In this document: piece after piece, positions 15,795 through 25,716 of the stretch
How the letters are laid out: each line of letters begins with the position of its first letter
Position numbering within the stretch: the stretch's first letter is position 1
Assembly (NCBI GenBank): GCA_963733265.1
Contig: CAVTCF010000006.1
Location: 57,269 to 121,268 of the forward strand
Direction of reading: 5' to 3'
DNA length: 64,000 bases
Origin: an uncultured beta proteobacterium
GTDB lineage: Bacteria; Pseudomonadota; Gammaproteobacteria; Burkholderiales; Gallionellaceae
The notes under the pieces: generated by a model
Told to the model about the DNA's origin: nothing
Database searches by the model: none
Seen by the model: only the letters and a program-made list of their open reading frames with translations
Program-made: the position numbers and the translations under genes

Positions 15795-18700
15795 ATGCAC
15801 GCCTCCCATACAATTTCGCTATCGCAGTCGGCCACCTCGGTCGAAGGGGGGCGTGTGCAATCTAAGAATTTCGAGTTTCTGCGTAATGCTCGCGCCGATC
15901 TGGCTGCCCTGGGTGGCTTTGCCGAGCATTATGCTTTCAACGACCCAGCGGGATCACTGGCTAAACTTCGATTATTTACCGAGCGAGTCGTCGATCTGGT
16001 CTATGACGCCTTCCGCCTACCTAAGCCATACCAACCAAACCTGAATGATCTTCTGAATGAGGATGCTTTTCGAGCTCGGGTTCCGACCGTAGTATTGACC
16101 AAGCTGCATGCACTGCGGATGCATGGCAACAAGGCCGTTCATGCCAACCAAGGCACAACGCCAACGGCACTGGCCATGGTACTGGAAGCGTTCGATATTG
16201 CCCGTTGGGTGTTCGTAACCTTTGACGGTGGGCTGGTTTCAGGCATTCATGCCTTCGTGCCACCCACGCCACCAGCCGATGCAAAGAAATTGGAGAAAGA
16301 TCGTCAGCGCCTGCTTGCCCAAATTGCTGAGCAGGAACAGCAGATGCAGGCAATACTGCAACAACTCGAACTGGCAAAAGCCCAACAAGTAACCGTTGAG
16401 CGGACTGAAGATGAATTGCAGCAGTTGGTTGCCAATGGTAGTGCTGCCGCAGATCAACTCGCTTTTGACGAGGCAACTACCCGACAGCGGCTGATCGACG
16501 CCATGCTCGTTTCCGTTGGATGGAAAGTCGGGCAAGCTGGCGCATCAACTGACGAAGTTGGCCAGGAGATTGAAATTCCGCAACCGCAGAACAAGACCGG
16601 CATCGGCTATGCCGATTATGTCCTGTGGGACGAAAACGACAAGCCTCTGGGCGTAGTTGAAGTCAAGCGTACCTCCAAGGATGCGGATGTCGGACGCACC
16701 CAAGCCGAGCTTTACGCTGATGGCCTTGAACAAAAATATGGCCAACGCCCGGTCATTTTTTATACCAACGGTTTTGACATCTACATTTGGGACGACGCCC
16801 AGAAGCAGACGCCACGCCGTCTGTTCGGCTTTTACTCAAAAGAAAGCCTGAAATACCTGGTCTTCCAGCGCCACCACAAACTGTCGCTCGACACGCTCAC
16901 TCCGAAATCAGAAATAGCGGGCCGGATGTATCAGATCGAAACCCTCAAACGCATTTGCGAGCGATTCAGCCTTGGCTATCGCAAATCGCTTGTCGTGCTG
17001 GCTACCGGTACCGGCAAGACCCGTGTCGCTGTTTCGCTGTGTGAGCTGTTGTCGCGTGCCAGATGGGCTAAGCGCATCCTCTTTCTGTGCGACCGGCGCG
17101 AACTGCGCAAGCAGGCGGATGATGTTTTCAAGGAATTCCTGCCCGGCGAGCCGCGCATCCACATCAACTCAAAAACCGCTGGCGACGTGACCAACCGTAT
17201 CTATCTCGCCACCTATCCGGCGATGATGCAGTGCTATGAAATGTTCGATGTCGGCTATTTCGACCTGATCATTGCCGACGAATCGCACCGCAGTATTTAC
17301 AACCGCTACCGTGATCTGTTTGTCTATTTCGATGCGCTCGAAGTGGGCCTTACCGCCACGCCCGTTCAGTTTATTTCCCGCAACACCTTCAAACTGTTTT
17401 CCTGCGAGAACGACGACCCCACTTCGTATTTCGGCTATCAGGAAGCCATCAGCCATGTACCGCCCTACCTTGTGCCCTTCGAGGTCTATACACATACCAC
17501 CGAGTTTCTGCGGCGGGGAATCGAGTACAAGAAACTTTCCAAGGAGCAGCAGGAGCAACTGGAAAATGACGAGGCCGATGCACAGTCCATCGACTACGAC
17601 GATACCGATATGGATCGGGTCGTGTTCAATAAGGACACCAATCGCGCCATCTTGCGTAACTTGATGGAGAATGGTCTCCGCGATGCAAGTGGTTCCCACC
17701 CCGGCAAAAGCATTATTTTCGCCCGCAATCACAACCATGCAGTATTTCTGGCGGGGATATTCGATGAGATGTATCCCCAATATGGTGGGGAGTTCTGCCG
17801 AGTAATTGATAACTACGATGTCCGTGCCGAGCAGTTGATAGACGATTTCAAAGACCCAAAGCATACGCTCACCGTTGCCATCTCTGTTGATATGCTGGAT
17901 ACCGGCATCGATGTGCCCGAAGTTGTTAATCTGGTGTTCGCGAAGCCGGTAAAATCCTATGTCAAATTCTGGCAAATGATCGGACGGGGAACTCGGCTAT
18001 GCGAAAATCTGAATGGGCCGGGTCAGGACAAAACCAAGTTCCACATTTTTGACCACTGGGGCAACTTCGCCTATTTCGAAGAGAGTTACCGCGAAGCCAA
18101 TCCTGCGATCAGCAAATCGCTGCTGCAAAAGCTTTTTGAGACCCGCCTACAATTGGCTGATACCGCGCTTGCAGTTGCGAAAGCTGATGCCTTCGACCTG
18201 GCCATCAAGCTGCTTCAGGCCGACATCGCGGCACTACCGGAAACCACCATCGCAGTCCGCGAGAAGTGGCGCGAGGTGCGTGAAGTCCAACGTGCTGGAG
18301 TGTTACCGGCGTTGAGTGCCGCAACGCGTTCATCCCTGCTCAAGGACATTGCTCCTCTTATGCAGTGGCGTGATACACGAAACTGGGAAGCAGCCTACCA
18401 GCTTGACCTGCTGATTGGGCGGATGCAGAGCGAACTGCTGAAGAAATCAGCCGAGTTCAATAATCTGCGGGACGACCTCATCGGCCTCGTTGCGCAGCTA
18501 CCCATTAACGTCAATGTCGTTCGCGACAAACTGGCCACCATCGAAAAAGTACGCAGTGGTGATTTCTGGAAGCTGATCACTGATCAAACCGATGTGGCTG
18601 CACTTGAATCGTTAAGAGAGGAATTGCGCGGAATCATGCGGCATCGCGTGGATGGGCCTACCGTCGGCGGCAAACCGCGTGTTCTGGACATTACAGAAGA

Positions 18701-19244
18701 TGCCAGCAAGATCGAGTTCGGTCGCCATATGCCAAAACTTGAAGGGACTGAATTGGTGGCGTACCGGCAACGCGTCGAGCAGGTGCTCGCTGGCTTGTTC
18801 GACACCAACCCGACATTGCGAAAAATTCGTCGCAGCGAACCCGTTGCCGAGTCAGATCTCATGGCCTTGGTCAGCCTGGTGCTTACCCAACATCCTGACG
18901 TGAATCTAACCTGGCTGACCGAGTTTTACCCTGATACCGCTGGCGATCTGGCGACGGCAATCCGTACCATCGTCGGCTTGGAGCCTGAAGTTGTGGCCGA
19001 GCGCTTCGGCGAATTCTTCGCTCGGCATCCACAGCTTTCGGCCAAGCAGCAGCGCTTCATGGCATTGCTGCAAAACCACATCGCCAAGTTTGGCATCGTC
19101 ACTCTGGACAAGCTCTACGAGTCACCATTTACCCAAGTCAGCGAGGATGGCCCCGATGGCGTTTTTGATGATGCCGAGGTTGAAGAATTGATCGCAGTAA
19201 TTGATGGCTTCCACCCTGCCAGCAATCAACGTGTCAACCAATAA
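15795..19244 (+). CDS. hsdR: type I restriction endonuclease R subunit with N-terminal DUF4145 and coiled-coil extension and EcoEI-type C-terminal domain
   Basis: NFEFLRNARADL...LRLFTERVVDLVY (DUF4145-like). ..GYADYVLWDENDKPLGVVEVKR.. (HsdR_N nuclease). LATGTGKT, IIADESHRS and QMIGRGTR (SF2 helicase). The C-terminus ..LSAKQQRFMALLQNHIAKFG.. is EcoEI_R_C-like. An alternative GTG start at 15855 follows GAAGGGGGG. Confidence 0.85.
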   Translation: MHASHTISLSQSATSVEGGRVQSKNFEFLRNARADLAALGGFAEHYAFNDPAGSLAKLRLFTERVVDLVYDAFRLPKPYQPNLNDLLNEDAFRARVPTVVLTKLHALRMHGNKAVHANQGTTPTALAMVLEAFDIARWVFVTFDGGLVSGIHAFVPPTPPADAKKLEKDRQRLLAQIAEQEQQMQAILQQLELAKAQQVTVERTEDELQQLVANGSAAADQLAFDEATTRQRLIDAMLVSVGWKVGQAGASTDEVGQEIEIPQPQNKTGIGYADYVLWDENDKPLGVVEVKRTSKDADVGRTQAELYADGLEQKYGQRPVIFYTNGFDIYIWDDAQKQTPRRLFGFYSKESLKYLVFQRHHKLSLDTLTPKSEIAGRMYQIETLKRICERFSLGYRKSLVVLATGTGKTRVAVSLCELLSRARWAKRILFLCDRRELRKQADDVFKEFLPGEPRIHINSKTAGDVTNRIYLATYPAMMQCYEMFDVGYFDLIIADESHRSIYNRYRDLFVYFDALEVGLTATPVQFISRNTFKLFSCENDDPTSYFGYQEAISHVPPYLVPFEVYTHTTEFLRRGIEYKKLSKEQQEQLENDEADAQSIDYDDTDMDRVVFNKDTNRAILRNLMENGLRDASGSHPGKSIIFARNHNHAVFLAGIFDEMYPQYGGEFCRVIDNYDVRAEQLIDDFKDPKHTLTVAISVDMLDTGIDVPEVVNLVFAKPVKSYVKFWQMIGRGTRLCENLNGPGQDKTKFHIFDHWGNFAYFEESYREANPAISKSLLQKLFETRLQLADTALAVAKADAFDLAIKLLQADIAALPETTIAVREKWREVREVQRAGVLPALSAATRSSLLKDIAPLMQWRDTRNWEAAYQLDLLIGRMQSELLKKSAEFNNLRDDLIGLVAQLPINVNVVRDKLATIEKVRSGDFWKLITDQTDVAALESLREELRGIMRHRVDGPTVGGKPRVLDITEDASKIEFGRHMPKLEGTELVAYRQRVEQVLAGLFDTNPTLRKIRRSEPVAESDLMALVSLVLTQHPDVNLTWLTEFYPDTAGDLATAIRTIVGLEPEVVAERFGEFFARHPQLSAKQQRFMALLQNHIAKFGIVTLDKLYESPFTQVSEDGPDGVFDDAEVEELIAVIDGFHPASNQRVNQ

Positions 19245-19263
19245 TTAAGAACAGGAGAGATTC

Positions 19264-20907
19264 GTGGACAGCCAATTCCTTGCCCTAGTTACAGCCACCA
19301 TCGGCCTGGCCCTTGGCGTGCTGATTACCTGGCTACTGACCCGAGGCAGAATTACCGCCGCTGCCGAGCAGGGTAAAGCCGGGGTTGCGGTCGATCTTGC
19401 CATGGCAAATGAACGAGCGCGCTCCATTGAAGCGGAACGTGGGAAACTGAGTGAGGCGCACGAGCAACTGCAATCACAAGCAAATGGGTGGAAGAACGAA
19501 CTCAACCAAGCCCGTGATGAGCTTTCCAAGCTGAACGAGCGGGCCAGTCGAATTCCTGTGCTTGATGAAAAATTGGTTGGATTAGAAGGTGCATTGGCAG
19601 AAGCGAGCCAGCAGGCCGCCGTCTTGCGCGAAGCCTCCGGTCGCATCAATGCCGAGCTCAAGGCTGAGCGCGAGACCCTAACCTCACTACGCAGCGAATT
19701 CCAGGCGGAAAAGTTACAGCGCACACAGGCCGAGGCGCAGGTCAATAGTCTCACCACGGAAATGGCTGAACTGAACACCCGCCTTGATGCCGAACGCAGA
19801 CAGGCACAGGAAAAGCTCGCGCTGCTGCTGGAAGCCAAGGAAGCACTGTCCAATCAGTTCAAGAGTCTCGCCAACGACATTCTGGAAGAAAAATCCAAGC
19901 GTTTCATCGAACAGAACCAGACCAACATTGGCCAACTCATCAATCCGTTAAAGGATCGGATAATGGAGTTCAAAACCAAGGTTGAGGAAATTCACACCAA
20001 GGATACAGAGCAGCAGGCAACGCTCAAAGCCGAGCTGACTCAACTGAAAGACCTGAATCGCCAAATGACCGAAGAGGCACACGGTCTGGCAACGGCACTT
20101 AAGGGGCAAGCCAAGAAGCAAGGCAATTGGGGCGAGCTGGTTCTCGGCAATGTACTTGACCGCTCTGGCCTGCGCGAGGGTCAAGACTTCAAGCGCGAGG
20201 TCAGCTTCAACACCGAAGAAGGCCGCAAGCGTCCGGACGTCATAATCTACCTGCCTCAGTCGAAGCACTTGGTCATTGATGCCAAGGTCTCTTTGAATGC
20301 CTATACACGGTATGTAAATGCTGAGGACGATATCATTCGGCAGCAGGCATTACAGGAACATGTCAGCGCGGTTGCCAGCAGAATTCAGGAACTATCGAAC
20401 CGAGCCTATTTCGAGCTGCCTGGCCTCAATTCGCCTGAGATGGTCTTCATGTTTATCCCTATTGAATCTGCTTTTGTCGAGGCGCTGCGGGCTGACGAGA
20501 ATCTGTTCCAGAAAGCCATCGAGCAGAACGTGCTGGTAGCCACACCGACCACGCTGCTGACCAGCCTGAATATTGTGCGCCAGCTTTGGCGCTTTGAAGA
20601 GCAAAACGCTCATACCGCCGAACTCGCTGACCGAGCCGGAAAGGTATACAAAAAACTGGTCACCTTCCTTGGCAGTATGGAAACTGTGGGCAAACAGCTC
20701 GACAAGGCAAAAGAATCCTTCAACTCGGCCATGGGGCAACTCTACACCGGCAAGGGCAACCTGATTGGACAAGCCAAGGAATTTGAAAAGCTGGGCGTGT
20801 CTGTGCAGACCCCTTTACCCGAACATCTGGTGGCTAAATCGGCTCTGGAACTTGAACACCTGCCCGAGGTTACCGAAGGCAACGAACTGGAAACCAACGA
20901 ATTATGA
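19264..20907 (+). CDS. rmuC: RmuC-family DNA recombination/nuclease protein
   Basis: An N-terminal TM segment plus a long coiled coil, then ..[27 protein letters not shown]...[22 protein letters not shown].. (RmuC core). GTG start after AGGAGAG. Confidence 0.9.
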   Translation: MDSQFLALVTATIGLALGVLITWLLTRGRITAAAEQGKAGVAVDLAMANERARSIEAERGKLSEAHEQLQSQANGWKNELNQARDELSKLNERASRIPVLDEKLVGLEGALAEASQQAAVLREASGRINAELKAERETLTSLRSEFQAEKLQRTQAEAQVNSLTTEMAELNTRLDAERRQAQEKLALLLEAKEALSNQFKSLANDILEEKSKRFIEQNQTNIGQLINPLKDRIMEFKTKVEEIHTKDTEQQATLKAELTQLKDLNRQMTEEAHGLATALKGQAKKQGNWGELVLGNVLDRSGLREGQDFKREVSFNTEEGRKRPDVIIYLPQSKHLVIDAKVSLNAYTRYVNAEDDIIRQQALQEHVSAVASRIQELSNRAYFELPGLNSPEMVFMFIPIESAFVEALRADENLFQKAIEQNVLVATPTTLLTSLNIVRQLWRFEEQNAHTAELADRAGKVYKKLVTFLGSMETVGKQLDKAKESFNSAMGQLYTGKGNLIGQAKEFEKLGVSVQTPLPEHLVAKSALELEHLPEVTEGNELETNEL

Positions 20908-22415
20908 TCACCAACCAACTCAAAAACGACATCGACCGCCTGTGGCTGGAATTCCATACGGGCGGTATCACCAATCCGCTCACCGTCATCGAGCAGATTT
21001 CTTTCCTGATGTTCGCCCGTCTGCTGGATATCGAAGAAACCCGCTTCGAAAAAATGGCAGGCCGCACTGGAAAATCGCCGCACAAGAATTTCAGCCCCGA
21101 CCAGCAAAACCTGCGCTGGAAGAACTGGAGCGAATATGGCGGCGAGGAAATGCTGCGCCATGTGCGCGATCAGGTTTTCCCTCACCTGCGCGACCTGGGC
21201 GGCAAGAACACCACCTTCGGCGAATACATGAAGGATGCTACCTGCATGGTTTCCAAGGCGAGTCTGCTGGTGTCCGCCGTTACCCAGATCAACTTGTTAC
21301 CGCTCGGCAATAGCGACATCAAAGGCGACCTCTACGAATACATGTTGAGCAAGCTGAGCACGGCTGGCATCAACGGCCAGTTCCGCACCCCCCGCCACAT
21401 CATCAAGCTGATGGTCGAACTGCTCGACCCAAAGCCTACCGAAGTGGTGGGTGATCCGGCCTGTGGCACGGCGGGCTTTCTCGTCGGCATCATGGAATAT
21501 CTGTGCCGACAATACTCGTCGCCGGAACTGGTGGAAACCTTCGAGGATGGCAGCAAGAGTTATCCCGGCGACAGGCTGGAACCCTACCGTGAGCATATCC
21601 AGAACGCAATGTTCCACGGCTTCGATTTCGACGTGACCATGCTGCGCATCGCTGCCATGAACCTGATGCTTCACGGCGTCGAAAATCCGGATATCCATTA
21701 TCAGGATACCCTCTCCAAAAACTTTCCAGAGAAATTCAGGCTGCAAGCCGAAGGGGGATTCGACGTTATCGCTGCCAACCCACCCTTCAAGGGCACCCTG
21801 GACGAAGAGGATGTGCATCCATCGTTGCTGAAGAAGGCCAAGACCAGGAAGACCGAACTATTGTTCGTTGTCCTTATCCTGCGCATGCTCAAGAATGGCG
21901 GACGTTCGGCCACCATTGTTCCAGACGGGGTGATGTTCGGCTCCAGCAAGGCGCATGTGGCATTACGCCAGCATTTGATTGATGAAAACCAACTGGAAGC
22001 AGTGATCTCGCTGCCCTCTGGCGTATTCAAACCGTATGCTGGTGTCTCCACGGCCATCTTGATCTTCACCAAGGGCGGACGGACGGATGATGTCTTGTTT
22101 TACGATGTGCAAGCCGATGGTTTCTCCCTCGACGACAAGCGCCAAGAAATTCCCGAGAACGACCTGCCTGACGTGCTGATCCAGTTTCAACAACACCGTA
22201 CCGCCAGCGCCGACTTTCGTGACCGTACCGCCAAGGCGTTCACGGTACCTGTAGCTAACATTCGCAGTAATAAATATGACCTGTCGGTTAGCAGGTATAA
22301 GGAAACGGTACATAAGGAAGCTCAGTTCGACCCGCCCGCCGATATCCTTAGGCGGATGAAGAATTTGGAGGCTGGGATCATGACGTATATGGATGAGTTG
22401 GAGGCAATGCTTTGA
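20904..22415 (+). CDS. hsdM: type I restriction-modification N6-adenine DNA methyltransferase subunit
   Basis: [10 protein letters not shown] (motif I) and IAANPPFKG (motif IV), with an HsdM_N-like N-terminus. The start overlaps the rmuC stop (ATGA). Confidence 0.9.
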   Translation: MITNQLKNDIDRLWLEFHTGGITNPLTVIEQISFLMFARLLDIEETRFEKMAGRTGKSPHKNFSPDQQNLRWKNWSEYGGEEMLRHVRDQVFPHLRDLGGKNTTFGEYMKDATCMVSKASLLVSAVTQINLLPLGNSDIKGDLYEYMLSKLSTAGINGQFRTPRHIIKLMVELLDPKPTEVVGDPACGTAGFLVGIMEYLCRQYSSPELVETFEDGSKSYPGDRLEPYREHIQNAMFHGFDFDVTMLRIAAMNLMLHGVENPDIHYQDTLSKNFPEKFRLQAEGGFDVIAANPPFKGTLDEEDVHPSLLKKAKTRKTELLFVVLILRMLKNGGRSATIVPDGVMFGSSKAHVALRQHLIDENQLEAVISLPSGVFKPYAGVSTAILIFTKGGRTDDVLFYDVQADGFSLDDKRQEIPENDLPDVLIQFQQHRTASADFRDRTAKAFTVPVANIRSNKYDLSVSRYKETVHKEAQFDPPADILRRMKNLEAGIMTYMDELEAML

Positions 22416-23587
22416 TGGATTTTACGTGCCGACCAATTGCTGAATGTGTTCGCAAGGTTAGCCAGATCGCACCCGCCAGCAATTCCAACGACCAGTTCCT
22501 ATACGTCGATCTCTCTTCCATTGATAAGGATGAAAAGCGGATTGTTACGGCTGCGGTACAACGGCTAAATTGGGAAGATGCACCCAGCCGGGCTAGGCAA
22601 CTCGTTCAGGCAGGGGACATTCTGGTATCTACCGTTCGCCCCAATTTGAATGGCGTGGCACAGATTGATGCAAATTACGACGGAGCTATCGCATCAACTG
22701 GTTTCTGTGTGCTGCGTACAAAACCAGATGTTATTGACTCGCGCTATTTGTTTCATTGGCTTTGCAGTCCAAAGTTTGTAGCTGAAATGGTGAAATTGGC
22801 TACAGGTGCGAGCTATCCGGCAGTTTCGGATCGAATCATTTACGAATCATTGATTCCGCTACCAAGGGACGTAAATGAACAGCGCCGCATCGCCACCATC
22901 CTCGATAAAGCCGATGCCATCCGTACAAAACGACGCGAAGTTCTCAGGTTCGCCGATGAATTCCTGCGTTCGGTTTTCCTCGATATGTTCGGTGACCTAT
23001 TTTTCGAGGCGAATAATGAATGGAAAAAGTTGAGTGACTGCACCGATTTTATTGACTACCGGGGCAAAACTCCCGAAAAGTCAGATAGCGGGGTACGCCT
23101 GATTACAGCGAAGAACGTACGTGACGGCGTCATCAATATTGAACCAGCTGAGTTTATTTCAGAGGCAACTTACTCATGGTGGATGAGTCGCGGCTATCCT
23201 CGGTCTGGTGATGTTTTATTCACGACAGAAGCCCCGCTTGGCAATATCGCTGTTCTGAATACGCAAGAGCCAGTTGCTATTGGACAAAGGCTTATTGCTA
23301 TCAGACCTCGCGAGATGCTGCGATGGGATTACCTAAGCTGGGCATTGCGCCAGCGTATCGTCCAAAGTGATATTTTGTCTCGTTCCACTGGATCAACTGT
23401 TAAGGGTATCCGTTCTGCTGAACTTGTGCAGGTACGAATTCCGATTCCAGGAAAGGTCGATCAATTGAAGTTCGAAAAAATCGTCGCTTCAATCAACCAT
23501 CAAAAATCGGGAATGCAAGTGTCTGCACAGCAAGGCGATCTTCTCTTTCAATCGCTACAGCATCAAGCATTCCAAGGGTATCTATAA
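22412..23587 (+). CDS. hsdS: type I restriction-modification specificity subunit
   Basis: Two target-recognition halves are separated by the conserved ..[30 protein letters not shown].. spacer. The most likely start is the ATG at 22415, overlapping the hsdM TGA by 1 nt. Confidence 0.85.
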   Translation: MMDFTCRPIAECVRKVSQIAPASNSNDQFLYVDLSSIDKDEKRIVTAAVQRLNWEDAPSRARQLVQAGDILVSTVRPNLNGVAQIDANYDGAIASTGFCVLRTKPDVIDSRYLFHWLCSPKFVAEMVKLATGASYPAVSDRIIYESLIPLPRDVNEQRRIATILDKADAIRTKRREVLRFADEFLRSVFLDMFGDLFFEANNEWKKLSDCTDFIDYRGKTPEKSDSGVRLITAKNVRDGVINIEPAEFISEATYSWWMSRGYPRSGDVLFTTEAPLGNIAVLNTQEPVAIGQRLIAIRPREMLRWDYLSWALRQRIVQSDILSRSTGSTVKGIRSAELVQVRIPIPGKVDQLKFEKIVASINHQKSGMQVSAQQGDLLFQSLQHQAFQGYL

Positions 23588-23598
23588 GGATAAAAGCA

Positions 23599-25716
23599 AT
23601 GGCGATGGACATCGAATCAATCAAGGAGCTATTCACCACGTTGCGTTACGTTCGCACCCGCGACACGACTCGGTTCGACGAGTATCTGTCCCCAACGACC
23701 GGCCAATACCTCTATCTCGACAAGGAACGCGCCCTGTCGTCCTCTATTCAAGTCATCATCCATCCCGACCTGAAACTGGAGCCTTTTATTGAGTTGCCCG
23801 GCGTGATATGTCCCACACCGGATAAGCTGATGAAGGATGCGCGTCTACGTCAATTCCCGGAGTGGGGCGGGACGACGCTAATGCTGCACCATGGCCGGGT
23901 GTTGAGTGTGGCATCGCCGGAGGCGCTGGCACATTTCCTCAAGGTTTTCGACACCCCGGCAGGTGGTGCGCGCGCAGGGGATGATCTGCCGCCGCGCCTG
24001 ACCGCCATCGAGCTGGAAAACTTCAAGGGTGTGGGCGGGCGCGTCCGCGTCGAGCTGGCACCCATCACACTGTTGTTCGGCGCCAACAGCGCGGGAAAGA
24101 GCACCATCCTGCAAGCCTTGCAATATGTGCGCGAAGTGCTGGAGCGCCGCAACGCCAACCCGGATCGCACGCTGTACGGTGGGGATTTCGTGGATCTCGG
24201 CGGTTTCCGTAACCTCGTCCATCAACACGATCTCTCCCGCCGCATCGGCATCAAGCTGGAGCTGAACCTCAATCGCGCCAGCCTGCCGGATTTGGTGCCG
24301 GATACATTCGATGAATGGCAAACCGACAATGATGAAGTCTGGGATTTTTATAATTTGCTGCATGAGATTCGGGGGCGCGCCGAGACGGCCAGCATAGAGA
24401 TCACGGTCGCGTGGAGTGGAGTGCGGTCGTCCGCCATCGTGGTCGGCTACGATGTGGGCTTGAACGGCGCGTGGCTCGCGCGCATCAGCAGCCTCGACGA
24501 TGGCCGCGATGCGGAAATCAAGATCAATCCCCAAAATCCGGTTTTCGTACGCTATCGCACTCAGCAGGAAATTGATGACGAAGCCAGCCTGCTGGAAGCG
24601 ATCGGGGCGCCGGATGATGCTGCGTCAACGACCGACCAGCCATCGGCTGAAACCGCTGCAAACGAAGCATCTGCTGACAACGAGCAGGACAACCATCCGT
24701 ACTCGCTTTGGCCTAGCATCCGCCACCGCCTCAGAGAGGCGGAAATCGAGGGAGAAGGACGGGGGTTCCGCCAATGGCTGAGTACGGTTGATGGGGCGTT
24801 GCCCAGGATGGAGCCGTTGCTCTATGTGCCGACCGGCAAGGCTGCCGGTTCTGCGGCGGTGTACATGGCACGCGAATTCACCGCGTTCCTGTCCTCGGCG
24901 ATAGTCGGCCCGGCAGTGCAGATTCGCGATCATTTGCGCAAGCTGCGCTATCTCGGCCCCATACGCAATGTGCCGGATCGCGATTTCGCAGCCTCGCTCA
25001 CGCCGGATGAGGCGCGCTGGGCGGATGGAACGGCGGCGTGGGAAACCTTGCTGACGGGCAATGCCGCCTTGGTCGGCGAGGTCAGCGCATGGATGTCGCG
25101 CGACAACAGGCTTGCCACGGGCTATGAGTTGGAACGGCGGGCTTTCAAGGAAGTGGATGTCACGACGCTGAACTGGCTGATGCGCGCAGCCGATCCCGAT
25201 GCCGGAGTCCGCAGCGAGCCGGAACTGTTGCGCCAATTGGAGCAGACGCCGGAGAAACAGCGGCTTGACCTGCTCGACGCGAAAACGGGGATGCGCGTGC
25301 AGCCGCGTGACGTGGGTATCGGGATTTCGCAGGTGTTGCCGGTCGTAGTGGCGGCGCTGGAACCCTCCTCGTCGTTGGTCGCCATCGAGCAGCCGGAATT
25401 GCACATTCATCCGGCGGTGCAGGTCGGCCTCGGCGACCTGTTCATCAAGGGCGCCAAGGAACACGGCATCAGCTTCCTGGTCGAGACTCACAGCGAACAT
25501 CTCATCCTGCGTCTGCTGCGGAGGATACGCGAAACGGCGGAAGGAGAATTACCCCCCAACACCCTGGCGCTCAAGACCGATGATGTCAGCGTGGTGTATG
25601 TGCAGCCCGGTGAGGGAGGCGTCAAACTGGTTCCCTTACCAATTGATGAAACGGGCGAATTCACTACTCGCTGGCCCAAGGGATTCTTCGACGAAAGAGC
25701 CGAGGAGCTATTCTGA
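23599..25716 (+). CDS. ABC/SMC-like AAA ATPase (AAA_15/21 type) with DUF3696-like C-terminus and a ~125-aa N-terminal extension
   Basis: ..IELENFKGV...LLFGANSAGKST (Walker A), ..LVAIEQPELHIHP (Walker B/D-loop), ETHSEHL (H-loop), and a tail ..VYVQPGEGG...TRWPKGFFDE. Confidence 0.8.
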   Translation: MAMDIESIKELFTTLRYVRTRDTTRFDEYLSPTTGQYLYLDKERALSSSIQVIIHPDLKLEPFIELPGVICPTPDKLMKDARLRQFPEWGGTTLMLHHGRVLSVASPEALAHFLKVFDTPAGGARAGDDLPPRLTAIELENFKGVGGRVRVELAPITLLFGANSAGKSTILQALQYVREVLERRNANPDRTLYGGDFVDLGGFRNLVHQHDLSRRIGIKLELNLNRASLPDLVPDTFDEWQTDNDEVWDFYNLLHEIRGRAETASIEITVAWSGVRSSAIVVGYDVGLNGAWLARISSLDDGRDAEIKINPQNPVFVRYRTQQEIDDEASLLEAIGAPDDAASTTDQPSAETAANEASADNEQDNHPYSLWPSIRHRLREAEIEGEGRGFRQWLSTVDGALPRMEPLLYVPTGKAAGSAAVYMAREFTAFLSSAIVGPAVQIRDHLRKLRYLGPIRNVPDRDFAASLTPDEARWADGTAAWETLLTGNAALVGEVSAWMSRDNRLATGYELERRAFKEVDVTTLNWLMRAADPDAGVRSEPELLRQLEQTPEKQRLDLLDAKTGMRVQPRDVGIGISQVLPVVVAALEPSSSLVAIEQPELHIHPAVQVGLGDLFIKGAKEHGISFLVETHSEHLILRLLRRIRETAEGELPPNTLALKTDDVSVVYVQPGEGGVKLVPLPIDETGEFTTRWPKGFFDERAEELF

